A model generated the notes under the pieces. It saw only the letters and a program-made list of their open reading frames with translations, had not been told where the DNA came from and searched no databases. The position numbers and the translations under genes were made by a program. From the sequence record NC_054910.1: a DNA stretch of 64,000 nucleotides, one strand, 5' to 3'. Each line of letters starts with the position of its first letter. The stretch's first letter is position 1. Below are positions 43,065-53,407 of the stretch, in pieces. This DNA is from Escherichia phage EcNP1.

Positions 43065-45242
43065 TTAGGCCGCAAGGGCCTTCATAGTTTTAGCGATTTG
43101 GGAAACTTCATCATCACTTAAAGAATTGCGATAACCGATGAAGTCGGAAACAATACGGAATTTCTTGGTAAACTCAGCAACCATTTTATCACTGTTTTTT
43201 GAAGCATTATTTGATAATACATCAAAAAGATTAGTTACCGTCCAGATGTCATGACCGATGGTATCTTTTCCACCGTTGAAATATACACCCTGTAATGAAC
43301 TAACCATATTAGCGAGTCGTGTATATTCTTCGGAAACTTCATCTACACTGAAGTACTTCATCATAAAATCTAACTCAGGATACTTGATAATTTTATCAAT
43401 ATATCGTTTAGCTGAACTTGAATAACCTACATACTTATCATAATCTACATCATCAAAAGCATCTACATATAAATCACGCAAAGTTTCAAAAATACATTGA
43501 CACTGACCAAGTTCTTTTACCTTTTTCTGTAAAAGTGGACGAATAACATAAAATTCATTAATGCCAATAAGATTAGCCATACGAGTCAAAATACTCGTAG
43601 ATGGATGACAAAGCGATGTAGTACCATCCATAGAGAAAATATCAGAACGATGCATGTATGCTACATAACCAGTAATTTCATCTGCTTCTGATGTGAGCGT
43701 AAACAATTCCTCTTTTTCCCAGCGCCCGTCTTTAATTTCAAACTTAAATGCAGTAGCAGTTTTAGGACGAGGAGCTGTACTTTTTACTGCCTTTGGAATA
43801 TAACTTTTAACTAAAGCTTCAATTTCTGACAGATAATGAATGTTAACTTCATCACTTTCAAACATTGCGATAATATCAGGAAGCAAATCAATCTGCGATT
43901 CTACTTCCGGATTAATAAACAGAAGACGCTCATTGTGATGAATATTCAAAGTGTTATTAAATTCACTATCATCTAATGCACGTGCTAATCCACGGACAAT
44001 ATTAACACGATTTTTAATATTATCAATGACGATATTAATTTTTGTTGTGTTAATACCAAACAGACGATAACTTGATGCAACGGCTGAAGTTTCATGGCTT
44101 TGCTTAATGCGTTTCAGTCGAGGGTCAAGATTTACTTCATACACAACCCCTGCATTGCATAACTTACTATCAGGCTCAAACATGCTTTGCATCTTCTTAT
44201 ATGACAGATTTTTAGTCGTGAATTTGACCGAATTACTAATCATATAATCTCGAGCAGAATATCCCATCTTCATCAATTCACGGTATGTATGACGAGGAGA
44301 TGTAGATTCTTTAAATCGTTTTACATCTTCATTGAATGCCTTCTCACTAAGCTCTTTAACACGCTCAATAATATTTTTACGAGTACGATCATCTAGTGAA
44401 AGAGCCTCACGCGATGGAGCAATATCAAGTGAACCCATTGGAAACTTAATATAATTCACTTCATTGCGAATGCTTAACCAGTTACGGTCTCTAATAACAC
44501 CATCGATAGGATAAACAATACCGCCATAGATAGCGTACAATCCACCACGATCTGGCCAGTATCTTTCTGGATTTACACCGTAATAGTCATCAAAATCCGG
44601 AAAATAATCAATTTCGCGGTCAAGACCATTAATGATAGCCAAATCTTTGAATGGTCGCATGATATAAGAAACTTCATAAGCAAAGTTTCTAAAGTCTTTT
44701 TCTTCAACTGGAACTACGATTTCAATACCAGTTTTATCATCTGGATCCATTTCTTTTACGAATGTAGGTTTAATCTGCGGACCATCACCATCCATGTAAG
44801 CTACATAACCGCGAATTTCACCTTTATGGTACGAAGTAATACTAAACGTATCAGTATAACTAAACGGAGATTTAGAACCTAAACCAAATCCACCAATGAA
44901 ATCGTTAGATTCAGCCTTAGATGAACTGAAGTATGAATTATACAACCCAGGAGAATTATCATCACCCTGAATATCAAAATCGCTCATACCCGGACCAAAA
45001 TCTCGGCAAACAAATCGCGGATCTAATCGTCCTGGAACTTGAATGATAAATTTTTCAGGATTTCCATTGAGAGCATGGGCATCAATCATGTTGGTAATCA
45101 ATTCACGTACTACTGCGCGAATCTTGTTTGTGTACAAATCAGATGATAGAATTTTAAATACTTTAGGAGATGCTGTGATGCTAAATGCTTTTGATTTAGA
45201 ACCATTACCAAGAATTGTTTCTTTTTCAGTGGTGATAATCAT
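43065..45242 (-). CDS. rIIA: rIIA rapid-lysis/exclusion protein
   Basis: 725 aa, [40 protein letters not shown]; matches T4 rIIA. Confidence 0.95.
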   Translation of the reverse strand: MIITTEKETILGNGSKSKAFSITASPKVFKILSSDLYTNKIRAVVRELITNMIDAHALNGNPEKFIIQVPGRLDPRFVCRDFGPGMSDFDIQGDDNSPGLYNSYFSSSKAESNDFIGGFGLGSKSPFSYTDTFSITSYHKGEIRGYVAYMDGDGPQIKPTFVKEMDPDDKTGIEIVVPVEEKDFRNFAYEVSYIMRPFKDLAIINGLDREIDYFPDFDDYYGVNPERYWPDRGGLYAIYGGIVYPIDGVIRDRNWLSIRNEVNYIKFPMGSLDIAPSREALSLDDRTRKNIIERVKELSEKAFNEDVKRFKESTSPRHTYRELMKMGYSARDYMISNSVKFTTKNLSYKKMQSMFEPDSKLCNAGVVYEVNLDPRLKRIKQSHETSAVASSYRLFGINTTKINIVIDNIKNRVNIVRGLARALDDSEFNNTLNIHHNERLLFINPEVESQIDLLPDIIAMFESDEVNIHYLSEIEALVKSYIPKAVKSTAPRPKTATAFKFEIKDGRWEKEELFTLTSEADEITGYVAYMHRSDIFSMDGTTSLCHPSTSILTRMANLIGINEFYVIRPLLQKKVKELGQCQCIFETLRDLYVDAFDDVDYDKYVGYSSSAKRYIDKIIKYPELDFMMKYFSVDEVSEEYTRLANMVSSLQGVYFNGGKDTIGHDIWTVTNLFDVLSNNASKNSDKMVAEFTKKFRIVSDFIGYRNSLSDDEVSQIAKTMKALAA

Positions 45243-45252
45243 AATTTCCTCA

Positions 45253-45456
45253 TTAATTCATATTGCGTTTAATAACTTCAGCAACTTCTAGTAGTTCATC
45301 TTTAGTTGCGGTGTCGGATTGAATTTTATCTCTAATATCCTTAAAGCGGTTTTTAAACTCTTCGGCTTCTCCCATATCGAAAAAGCGTTGAATGATTCTA
45401 TATTCTCGATGAACTGCTTTATCAAAAAGTTCTAAATTTACTCTATATGATTTCAT
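45253..45456 (-). CDS. hypothetical protein (rIIA.1 position)
   Basis: 67-aa ORF immediately upstream of rIIA. Confidence 0.55.
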   Translation of the reverse strand: MKSYRVNLELFDKAVHREYRIIQRFFDMGEAEEFKNRFKDIRDKIQSDTATKDELLEVAEVIKRNMN

Positions 45457-45481
45457 TTCAATATCCTCATTTGCCCAATTA

Positions 45482-45512
45482 ATTATACCACATCCTTGTG
45501 GTAAAGTAAACT
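45482..45512 (-). promoter_or_regulatory. early promoter upstream of rIIA.1/rIIA
   Basis: Minus strand GTTTAC, 17-nt spacer, TGGTATAAT (perfect extended -10). Confidence 0.6.
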
Positions 45513-47331
45513 ATTGGCTCATCCATTCTTTACGAAGGTCAGCATTATCTCCCATGAGCATTTCAAAAAGCTCTTTCCAGTTCTCAGGAAGTTTAACAAC
45601 ATCATATACTGGGTTTTGAATCATCTCACGATATTCAGATTTTTCCAAAGAGCCAAGTCCCTTAATATAACGGATGCTATGTTTAGGTAGAGCATCTTTA
45701 GCACTCTCATATTCAGCGACTGTATAAAACCATTCTTGTTTTTTACCGACCTGAGCGATGATTACAGGAGTTTTGACAAAGCGAATTCTTCCTTGTTCAA
45801 ACAGTTCTGGCCAATTACTAAAAAATCCGAGCAGAGAAGGATAAATGCTTCCTAGACCATCATGGTCAGCATCAGTCATAATAGCAATATTATGATAATT
45901 CAAGTTTTCGGCTTTTTCACCAAGAACTAATCCAGTGATTGCGCAAATATCAAACAGCTCTTTGTTTTTAAGCATATCAGCATATGACATACCCCAGCTG
46001 TTAAGAACTTTACCACGCAATGGATAACCGCCATGAAGTTCTTTATCACGAACATCAATAAGATATCCGATAGCAGAATCACCCTCAGTCAAGAAAAGAG
46101 TAGTGTCAGCATCTTTACCACAAAGATTCGCTTTAATATGTTTATGAACCTTAGCTTTAGAGGCCTTTTTAGCTGCTTTAGTTTCTGCTGCTTTTTCTGC
46201 CGCCAATTTACGAGCCAAGGCAGCTTCAATGATTGGCATTAAAATTGCTTCATTATTTAAAATAGCACGTGAAATCTTTTTAGCATCAAGCTGAATATGA
46301 CTACGAATTTCACCAAATGGAGAAGTCAAACGCTCTTTAGTTTGAGAATCAAATCGCATGTTTTTCATATCACGAACAAACATAACGATAGTCAAACATT
46401 CTTTAACACGTGCTTTAGTTACATCAATTTTGAATTTACGTTTGATTTGTGGAATAAGGTCTTCACAAATATCATCCATAACACAATCAATATGATGGCC
46501 ACCATTCTTGGTATGAATGTTATTGACGTATGTTAATTGACGAAAACCATCCGGTGAACGACCGACCGCAATAGAACAATTTTCTTGTTCTTGAACGATA
46601 GCATGTTCATCATATTGGCGTGCATATTTCTTAAAATTACCCTGAACCTTTTTACCATTAAAGGTAAATTGAATATCAGGATAAACTACTGCAAGTGTCT
46701 GGAGACGATCCAGTGTAATGTCAAGATAAACTTGAGATAGCTCATTAGTTTCAAATGACATAAAATCAGGAATAAAAGTAACGCGAGTTCCTTTCCATTT
46801 TCCAGGAATATCTTCCCATGATTTATTTTCCATGCCATTCGAGCAGCGAACTACAATATTATTTTGACCGTCGCCAGTTTCACCGACAAACATCACAGAA
46901 AAAATGTTAGTTAAACTAGAACCAACACCGTTCATACCGCCAGTGACGCGTTCTTTATCATCACCAAAGTTACCACCTGCTTTTGGAATAGTCCATGCAG
47001 CAACAGGACCAGGAATTTCTTCACCGGTAGGTGTTTTAACCATCGCCTGTGGAATACCACGACCGTTATCTTCAACTGTTACTTGATTGTTTTTGATAGT
47101 AACATTAATTTTATTTGCGAATTTAAACTTAGTACGAATACCTTCATCTACTGAGTTATCAATAATTTCATCAATAAGCTTAACAAGACCAGGTACATAC
47201 TGAACACTTTCCCATTTACCAAACAGAAAGCGCTCATGCATTTCATTAGCAGAAGAGCCAATATACATGCCGCTACGCTTTTTGATATGTTCAATATCGC
47301 TCAGAATTTTAATTTCATTCTTAATCATCAC
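45511..47331 (-). CDS. 39: DNA topoisomerase II large subunit, uninterrupted
   Basis: 606 aa, (M)MIKNEIKILSDIEHIKKRSGMYIGSS GHKL ATPase plus TOPRIM region continuous to the C-terminus; equals T4 gp39 plus gp60 in one ORF. Confidence 0.93.
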   Translation of the reverse strand: MMIKNEIKILSDIEHIKKRSGMYIGSSANEMHERFLFGKWESVQYVPGLVKLIDEIIDNSVDEGIRTKFKFANKINVTIKNNQVTVEDNGRGIPQAMVKTPTGEEIPGPVAAWTIPKAGGNFGDDKERVTGGMNGVGSSLTNIFSVMFVGETGDGQNNIVVRCSNGMENKSWEDIPGKWKGTRVTFIPDFMSFETNELSQVYLDITLDRLQTLAVVYPDIQFTFNGKKVQGNFKKYARQYDEHAIVQEQENCSIAVGRSPDGFRQLTYVNNIHTKNGGHHIDCVMDDICEDLIPQIKRKFKIDVTKARVKECLTIVMFVRDMKNMRFDSQTKERLTSPFGEIRSHIQLDAKKISRAILNNEAILMPIIEAALARKLAAEKAAETKAAKKASKAKVHKHIKANLCGKDADTTLFLTEGDSAIGYLIDVRDKELHGGYPLRGKVLNSWGMSYADMLKNKELFDICAITGLVLGEKAENLNYHNIAIMTDADHDGLGSIYPSLLGFFSNWPELFEQGRIRFVKTPVIIAQVGKKQEWFYTVAEYESAKDALPKHSIRYIKGLGSLEKSEYREMIQNPVYDVVKLPENWKELFEMLMGDNADLRKEWMSQ

Positions 47332-47356
47332 TTATCCTCGTTTGGTTTCGGGAATA

Positions 47357-47381
47357 TTATACTCCAGTAATCATAAAGCTA
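47357..47381 (-). promoter_or_regulatory. middle-promoter-like element upstream of gene 39
   Basis: Minus strand TAGCTTTA (MotA-box-like, one mismatch), 12-nt spacer, then TATAAT. Confidence 0.35.
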
Positions 47382-47397
47382 AAGGCCCGAAGGCCTT

Positions 47398-47667
47398 TTA
47401 TTTAAAACGGATAGTCGAATCCTTGAAGAATAGACCAGAACATACTGTTCCTTCTACTTTCTGCCCGGTAGGTCCAATAGCACGAAATCCAGTGTGTTGG
47501 AAATCATTTTCAGAGCAACCGAACCAATTATATCCAGTGATTTCAATATTAGTAAAACCACTTGAAGACAAAACTTTGGTTGCATTATCGGCATCAGTAC
47601 ATCCTACTAAAGATACTGCTAATACTAATGCCGCGATAGAACGATTAACATATTTCATAATTTTCAC
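47398..47667 (-). CDS. predicted lipoprotein (89 aa)
   Basis: N-terminus MKIMKYVNRSIAALVLAVSLVGC has signal peptide plus lipobox. Confidence 0.6.
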   Translation of the reverse strand: MKIMKYVNRSIAALVLAVSLVGCTDADNATKVLSSSGFTNIEITGYNWFGCSENDFQHTGFRAIGPTGQKVEGTVCSGLFFKDSTIRFK

Positions 47668-48041
47668 TTAAATTTAATGGCTTGAAGGAGACTAATAATT
47701 CTCAAGCGACTTCTTTCATCTTTAACTGTAAAAGAAAGAGGGTCACCAGATTTCATAGTGATGGTGCATCCAAAATCAAAATCTTCTGTAACTTCTTCGA
47801 ATAGGTCAAATTCTTCATCATAAATTAGAACATTACTCTGAAAACTGTGAAGAATTTTTCCATCATTTCCAGATGCTGTACTAATCATTGTAACATTATT
47901 ACCCTTCATATCTTCAACGATAAATTCGCCTGTAGATATTACATTACTAATAGAACCATTCCTATAAATAGCAGAAAATAGATATTTCTTTTCTTCACCT
48001 TCGCGAATGCGATATTTCTTACCGATTTTAAACATAATCAT
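47664..48041 (-). CDS. hypothetical protein (125 aa)
   Basis: ORF track; coupled. Confidence 0.55.
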   Translation of the reverse strand: MIMFKIGKKYRIREGEEKKYLFSAIYRNGSISNVISTGEFIVEDMKGNNVTMISTASGNDGKILHSFQSNVLIYDEEFDLFEEVTEDFDFGCTITMKSGDPLSFTVKDERSRLRIISLLQAIKFK

Positions 48042-48214
48042 CCTTTAAGTAAGTCGTAAAATCCACCATTCACATGCTTAGGAGCAGAAGGCCGACGAGT
48101 AGACAAACGATGACATTTAGGGCAAACATCATTTTCTCGTTCAGAAATCTTTTTAATTTTTTCATATTCATGCCCGCAATCTTCGGATTGGCATTTATAA
48201 TCATACATTGGCAT
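48038..48214 (-). CDS. zinc-ribbon mini-protein (58 aa)
   Basis: Read by eye: MPMYDYKCQSEDCGHEYEKIKKISERENDVCPKCHRLSTRRP...; two CxxC pairs; stop overlaps downstream ATG. Confidence 0.45.
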   Translation of the reverse strand: MPMYDYKCQSEDCGHEYEKIKKISERENDVCPKCHRLSTRRPSAPKHVNGGFYDLLKG

Positions 48215-48216
48215 AA

Positions 48217-48636
48217 TTATTCCTTAAAGTGTGCTTTCAACATCTGATACAAGGACCATGCCTGTTCATTATTTTCAATAGTAACTTTCATTACCGGGAA
48301 TTCTGTGAAATCTTCTATTTGTTCTTGCTCTTCCTGCTCTTGTTCTTCAGCAGCCTGATATGGATTTTCCACTTCATCAAAGAACCTAGCTTCACTTTTT
48401 GAAAGCCAAATAAAGTCTTCATCCAAAACATCTTTACCAGAAGATAGTACTAAATTTCCAGTAGATGACAAAATTTTAATAGGACGCCCAAGAGCGTCCA
48501 CATCTAAAATTTTAAAAGGATACATTCGTAAACGTCGCGCATAGATTCCGTTATCAGTATGGTCTTTAATAAAATTTTCTTGAGCTTGTTTATTTTTAAA
48601 TTGATACCATTTATTAACTTCAAATTTAATAGCCAT
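48217..48636 (-). CDS. hypothetical protein (139 aa), goF position
   Basis: ORF track; acidic [10 protein letters not shown] stretch; assignment by position and size only. Confidence 0.5.
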   Translation of the reverse strand: MAIKFEVNKWYQFKNKQAQENFIKDHTDNGIYARRLRMYPFKILDVDALGRPIKILSSTGNLVLSSGKDVLDEDFIWLSKSEARFFDEVENPYQAAEEQEQEEQEQIEDFTEFPVMKVTIENNEQAWSLYQMLKAHFKE

Positions 48637-48851
48637 TAATAAATTTCCTTCCAGTAAGTTGTGCCATCTTCAGTAATTTCACGAAATACACCGTAAATTG
48701 GCTGTTTATCACCAACCTTTTCATACACATAAACCGAAGTCAAGTGAGTAAACTTAACGGTATGTTCCTTTTGAACCACTACCAAATCTGGATCGAATAA
48801 TACATCTTCAAATTCGTCATTAGTGCAGTTCTGAACAATTTTACGTTTCAT
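48636..48851 (-). CDS. hypothetical protein (71 aa), cef position
   Basis: ORF track; size equals T4 Cef; assignment by position and size only. Confidence 0.5.
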   Translation of the reverse strand: MKRKIVQNCTNDEFEDVLFDPDLVVVQKEHTVKFTHLTSVYVYEKVGDKQPIYGVFREITEDGTTYWKEIY

Positions 48852-48864
48852 TACAATTTCCTCA

Positions 48865-49146
48865 TTAATTGAACAGTGGAGCGATGCGTTTCAGAAGAGT
48901 AGCAGCACCTTTGGCAAATTTTACATCATGAAAAACAGTTTCTTCTTCCGTTACAACACGAACTTTAATGTTTTCACAATCCCAATTTTTGCGAACAATC
49001 TTCAAAAGCTGCAGTAAATCTTTACATTCAGCAATATCGATAACACACCCACGAGAATCTTCCATTATCGCACGATAACCGTAAGCCATACCATAATCGT
49101 TGAAAGATTGCTCGATGATAATTAAGTTTTCCATTTTATTCTCCAA
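48865..49146 (-). CDS. hypothetical protein (93 aa)
   Basis: ORF track. Confidence 0.5.
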   Translation of the reverse strand: MENKMENLIIIEQSFNDYGMAYGYRAIMEDSRGCVIDIAECKDLLQLLKIVRKNWDCENIKVRVVTEEETVFHDVKFAKGAATLLKRIAPLFN

Positions 49147-49231
49147 GTTGTTTTCTGTATCAGTAGTTGATATTGATATAGTACCATAATCAACTACTGA
49201 TGTATATAGTTTTATGAAAAAATTTTAAACT

Positions 49232-49720
49232 TTATGCATAGAGAGCTTTGCTATAGTGTTTAATCCAACTTTCAGGAATGACTTTGTATGTTCCTAAAAA
49301 TACCACGTTATACAACTTAACGCCATCTTCTACCCACTGATCGGTAATGTATGCGCACATAGCACGAGTATAAACAGCCGCTCCATCATCTTTGATAAAT
49401 TTAAATTCACAAGGAGAAACGAACTTAATAGCCTGACCGAGTTTCCACTTAAAATCTACACCTACATGTGAAGTATCAATCGTTTCAATTCCTTTAGCAG
49501 GAACAGCTTTCAAAAACGCAGATTCAAGAAATTTCGCACGAACATAGCCAAACTGAGGTTTAGACTTTCCATCTTTAGGAATGATACGCACTTTTACTTC
49601 AGAATCTTCATCTTTAACGCCATGTTTAAGCTGAATGCTTACAATTTCGACCAATTTTCCTGCTGCTTTAGAACGGGATTTATCAGATACACGAGCAATT
49701 TCACCAATATTAATAATCAT
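49232..49720 (-). CDS. MotB-like protein (162 aa)
   Basis: Size and position match T4 MotB; C-terminal ITDQWVEDGVKLYNVV motif shared with the next ORF. Confidence 0.55.
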   Translation of the reverse strand: MIINIGEIARVSDKSRSKAAGKLVEIVSIQLKHGVKDEDSEVKVRIIPKDGKSKPQFGYVRAKFLESAFLKAVPAKGIETIDTSHVGVDFKWKLGQAIKFVSPCEFKFIKDDGAAVYTRAMCAYITDQWVEDGVKLYNVVFLGTYKVIPESWIKHYSKALYA

Positions 49721-49765
49721 AGTTATCTCTCACTTGTTAAAAAGATTTTATACTCCACGGGACCA

Positions 49766-49794
49766 TTATACTCTGGTCCCAAGAGTTTGTAAAC
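49766..49794 (-). promoter_or_regulatory. early promoter upstream of the MotB-like gene
   Basis: Minus strand GTTTAC, 17-nt spacer, TATAAT, flanked by GGGACC/GGTCCC inverted repeat. Confidence 0.55.
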
Positions 49795-49796
49795 TA

Positions 49797-50336
49797 TTAA
49801 TTTAAAATAGCTACCACTGCACTACGAGGTACTACACTAAAATCACCTGCATGAACAACGTTCAGAAGTTCAACACCATCTTCAATCCACTGGTCTGTTA
49901 CCCAACCACAGACCGAAATAAATGGAGTCTTGATAGCTACCGCACGAGTCAAAAGGTCAGTAGGATCGCATTCTTGGAAGAGGATGAACTCTGCTTCAAA
50001 GACTATAGTTTTAATTACTTCATCATTATCTAAACGGTGTACTCGAATCACGTAAGCTTTATTCTTATCATGCCAGTTACTTTTTGAAAAGCTTTTAACC
50101 ACAAACTCGCCTTCACCAAAAACATTAGTCAATGCTTTATAACCCAAATTTAGTTCAGTAGTTTTAATTTCAGTTTCAACCAGTTTGTAGATTTTGCCGA
50201 TTTCAATAGCGGTAGTCATAGTAGGTTCCTTAATTTCCAGTGGTTTAACAGGGCATACATAAGTGCTTACAACATCAAAATCAATCAGTTTAGCTACCGG
50301 ATTCGGTGTGTATTCAGGATTATAATTAAATTTCAT
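49797..50336 (-). CDS. paralog of the MotB-like protein (179 aa)
   Basis: C-terminal VTDQWIEDGVELLNVV aligns with the 162-aa neighbour. Confidence 0.55.
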   Translation of the reverse strand: MKFNYNPEYTPNPVAKLIDFDVVSTYVCPVKPLEIKEPTMTTAIEIGKIYKLVETEIKTTELNLGYKALTNVFGEGEFVVKSFSKSNWHDKNKAYVIRVHRLDNDEVIKTIVFEAEFILFQECDPTDLLTRAVAIKTPFISVCGWVTDQWIEDGVELLNVVHAGDFSVVPRSAVVAILN

Positions 50337-50338
50337 AA

Positions 50339-50878
50339 TTATCTCATTTCAATAAAATCTACGAGTTCAGCATGGGATTTGCGGAACATTACTTGGTGTC
50401 CACCAATGACAACTTGATCATCTGGCACTTCGTATACAGCAAGATAAAATCCTTTAGAAGATAATTCTTCACGCTCTTCTCGTGTGAACCATCTCATCAT
50501 ATCATATTCGCTAGCGAAAGCAAAATGATAAAGAGCTATAAACCATCCTGGAATATGATATTCTACTCCAACATAATCTTTCTTGAACTTAGTATTAATT
50601 ACTATATTAGCGTTTTTAACTAATAGTTTATCTTCGTGTGGTAAAGGAATTCTTTTATTATTATCGCTATGATGCATAAAATTAGGTCTGTCATAACCTA
50701 CGTGTAATAGCCACTCTTCGCTCCATGAATCTATTATACTCCTGTACGGCGTTATTTGAACACAAAGATTTCGACGTATTGTTATAGCATCTTCATAATC
50801 AAGAATACTAAACGATGACTCAACACGATAAATTTTCATTTTATTATCCTCAGTAGCTATGGTGTTATAATACCACAA
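50339..50878 (-). CDS. hypothetical protein (179 aa)
   Basis: ORF track; directly upstream of dexA. Confidence 0.55.
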   Translation of the reverse strand: MWYYNTIATEDNKMKIYRVESSFSILDYEDAITIRRNLCVQITPYRSIIDSWSEEWLLHVGYDRPNFMHHSDNNKRIPLPHEDKLLVKNANIVINTKFKKDYVGVEYHIPGWFIALYHFAFASEYDMMRWFTREEREELSSKGFYLAVYEVPDDQVVIGGHQVMFRKSHAELVDFIEMR

Positions 50879-50902
50879 CTAACCGAGGAAGTAAACAACT
50901 TT

Positions 50903-51586
50903 TTATCGTTTTGTTGGAAGAGATAGAGGATCGCATTCTTCCTCTGACGGAGCATCTTCAAGACCCATAGCATATCGCAAAGCATACTTCATCATCAGGA
51001 TGTCTTTCGCACAGTCATGAATAGAATCATGTGCAACGAATCCATCCAAAGTTCCCTTTGGAAGAGGACACGTGGTCATATCACGAACAAGGAGAAGTGC
51101 TTCAATTCTGGTACGAATATCACGCTGATTCCAGAATTTACATGGTTCTAACTTAAATGTGTCAAGCTCATTCTCAGAAACGCCATTAAGACGTTGAATA
51201 TCACGAATGAGATCGACTAAAATTGGAAAATCAAACGACATTCCACGGCACCAGCCATGAGATTTCCAAGGATCGATGTTATGTGCATTGATGTAATCAT
51301 TAAATTTTACAATACCATCGATAGTGCTTACATCTTCATCTGATGATGCAATATTTTTTCGAGCTTCAGGAGACTGATTTTTCCACCATTCAATAGTGCT
51401 TTTAGTAAAAAGACGATGTCCTTTTTGGCTTTTTAAATCAAACTTGATTTTAATGCCGCGTGAAACTAATTCATCGAATGTTTCAACTACTTCTGGATTA
51501 GGGTCAAAGGCAATAACAGCCAAATCAATAACAGCTGCCTTTTCACCGCTTCCCATTGTTTCAAAATCTATAATAAAATCAAACAT
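50903..51586 (-). CDS. dexA: exonuclease A (DEDD 3'-5' exonuclease)
   Basis: 227 aa, MFDFIIDFETMGSGEKAAVIDLAVIAF; DEDD motif I; T4 DexA length. Confidence 0.9.
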   Translation of the reverse strand: MFDFIIDFETMGSGEKAAVIDLAVIAFDPNPEVVETFDELVSRGIKIKFDLKSQKGHRLFTKSTIEWWKNQSPEARKNIASSDEDVSTIDGIVKFNDYINAHNIDPWKSHGWCRGMSFDFPILVDLIRDIQRLNGVSENELDTFKLEPCKFWNQRDIRTRIEALLLVRDMTTCPLPKGTLDGFVAHDSIHDCAKDILMMKYALRYAMGLEDAPSEEECDPLSLPTKR

Positions 51587-51861
51587 TAAATTTTCCTCGC
51601 TAAATCACGAATTTGACCTACAGTATAATCTTGGATATAAACTTTATTAATGGGCTCATCAATAAATTTTGCCATAGATTCAATATCTTTTTGTATCTCT
51701 TCAAGACTGTATACTATCTTTAAAGCTTTTTCGCGAATAGTAACATTATCAAGTCCTGAATTTTCTTGAATGACAGCTTTAACATTTGCCATAAGAGATT
51801 TAAACTGATGCAAACTTAATTCAATCATTAATAACCGCCTTATAAAGATGGCTAATTTCAC
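51586..51861 (-). CDS. hypothetical protein (91 aa)
   Basis: ORF track; coupled to dexA. Confidence 0.5.
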   Translation of the reverse strand: MKLAIFIRRLLMIELSLHQFKSLMANVKAVIQENSGLDNVTIREKALKIVYSLEEIQKDIESMAKFIDEPINKVYIQDYTVGQIRDLARKI

Positions 51862-52066
51862 CTAAAACATAATCACTGATTGTAACAGTTTTCACTTCAC
51901 CGCAAAAGAATTCTAATGCAATCAAATCTCGTTCAATTTCTTCCAATTGAAGCATTAACTTTCCCGATTCAATTTTCACGTTTTTGCGATTTTTACTATA
52001 AGCTATTTCATAAATTTCGCTCACTTTATCTTGAAGTAGATAAAACTGGTCTTTAGTTATTTCCAC
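51821..52066 (-). CDS. hypothetical protein (81 aa)
   Basis: ORF track. Confidence 0.45.
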   Translation of the reverse strand: MEITKDQFYLLQDKVSEIYEIAYSKNRKNVKIESGKLMLQLEEIERDLIALEFFCGEVKTVTISDYVLGEISHLYKAVIND

Positions 52067-52087
52067 GAATAGCTTCCTCGAATTTAA

Positions 52088-53407
52088 TCATACGTAAAAC
52101 ACATCATAACGACCACGAGTGACACCAACATAAAGAAGCTGCTGAGCTAGTTCAGCATCTGCATAATGGATACAAGGCGTATAGATAAAAGCACGGTCTA
52201 CAGACATGCCCTGAGCTTTATGGAATGTTGATGCAGGAAGTGCTTTCACTTTACTAAACTGCGATTTAGCATCCCAAAAATCACTCCACGGAGCTTTTCC
52301 ACCTTTATTCCAATTTTTATAAGTTTCTGCCGTTTTACCTAAAAATAAGTTAAACTTATACAGCTCTTCATCAGATGAAATTATTTTAATCTTTTCACGA
52401 TAATATTCATCATCGCCGTAAGTTTCTACTGTTAAATCCCAATGACGAATTAGATATTCTCCAGAAACACCACGAGCTTTAACAAACGTCGATGTATACT
52501 CTGCTTCTATAATACGAACTAATTGTCCATTATTAAAAATAATTTCTGACACAGGCTTTCCATCAATTTTATATGTTTTAATTAATGGTTCCTGCATTAC
52601 AATAATTTCACCAACGATAAAATCTTTATCAGTTTCAAAAATCTTTTTGCGAATAATGCTATTTAACTTATCAACAGATTTATTCGTAAATGCCATTACA
52701 CGATTTTCAAACAAATCATCTAGTGATTTTACGATTGAAAAATAATTTACCATAAAATCGCGTAAAGCGGTATCACCAGTAAATCCACGTACTCCATGCC
52801 CGTCAACAACTTTATCATAAATCCACTTACCGTTGCGAACATCAGTAGCTACATCAATAATAGGAGCATTACTGCGTTTAACTTCAGTGAGTTCACACTG
52901 ATAAAAATCTTTGTGCGTAAAGAATGGACTGATATAAGCAGTGTTTTCTCCTGGGTCAACAGGTCTAATTTGCTTATTATCGCCTATTCCAATTATAGTA
53001 CACCAAGGTGGAATAGTTGAAAGCAGAATTTTAAATAGCTTTCTATCGTACATTGACACTTCGTCGCAGATTAATACTCTACATTTAGCCAAATCCGGTA
53101 CTTCTTTTTGTTCAAAAAGAACGTTTTCTTCATATGTTACTGGGTTAATTTTAAGAATACTGTGAATAGTACTCGCTTCTTTCCCTGATAGTTTTGAAAG
53201 AATCTTTTTAGCTGCATGTGTAGGAGCTGCTAAAATAATGCCAGTTTCGCCTGTAGATATTAAAGCTTCAATGATGAACTTGGTAAGAGTAGTCTTACCG
53301 GTACCAGCAGGTCCATTAATAGTTACATGATGTTTCTTTTCTTTAATAGCCCTCATAACGATGTTAAAGGCATTTTTCTGGCCTTCAGTCAAATCATCAA
53401 ATGTCAT
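52088..53407 (-). CDS. dda: Dda DNA helicase (SF1B)
   Basis: 439 aa, MTFDDLTEGQKNAFNIVMRAIKEKKHHVTINGPAGTGKTT Walker A; T4 Dda length. Confidence 0.95.
   Translation of the reverse strand: MTFDDLTEGQKNAFNIVMRAIKEKKHHVTINGPAGTGKTTLTKFIIEALISTGETGIILAAPTHAAKKILSKLSGKEASTIHSILKINPVTYEENVLFEQKEVPDLAKCRVLICDEVSMYDRKLFKILLSTIPPWCTIIGIGDNKQIRPVDPGENTAYISPFFTHKDFYQCELTEVKRSNAPIIDVATDVRNGKWIYDKVVDGHGVRGFTGDTALRDFMVNYFSIVKSLDDLFENRVMAFTNKSVDKLNSIIRKKIFETDKDFIVGEIIVMQEPLIKTYKIDGKPVSEIIFNNGQLVRIIEAEYTSTFVKARGVSGEYLIRHWDLTVETYGDDEYYREKIKIISSDEELYKFNLFLGKTAETYKNWNKGGKAPWSDFWDAKSQFSKVKALPASTFHKAQGMSVDRAFIYTPCIHYADAELAQQLLYVGVTRGRYDVFYV

Noticed and set aside
47381-47398. GGCCUUCGGGCC hairpin after the lipoprotein ORF as a terminator.
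   Set aside because: Not followed by a U-run on the transcribed strand and it sits just upstream of a middle-promoter-like element; more likely an RNA stability or processing hairpin.
49141-49210. Promoter-like cassette with an inverted repeat and A/T tract but no GTTTAC -35.
   Set aside because: The -35 hexamer is degenerate, so I could not call it a promoter; it may be a decayed copy of the cassette seen at 37134 and 40990.
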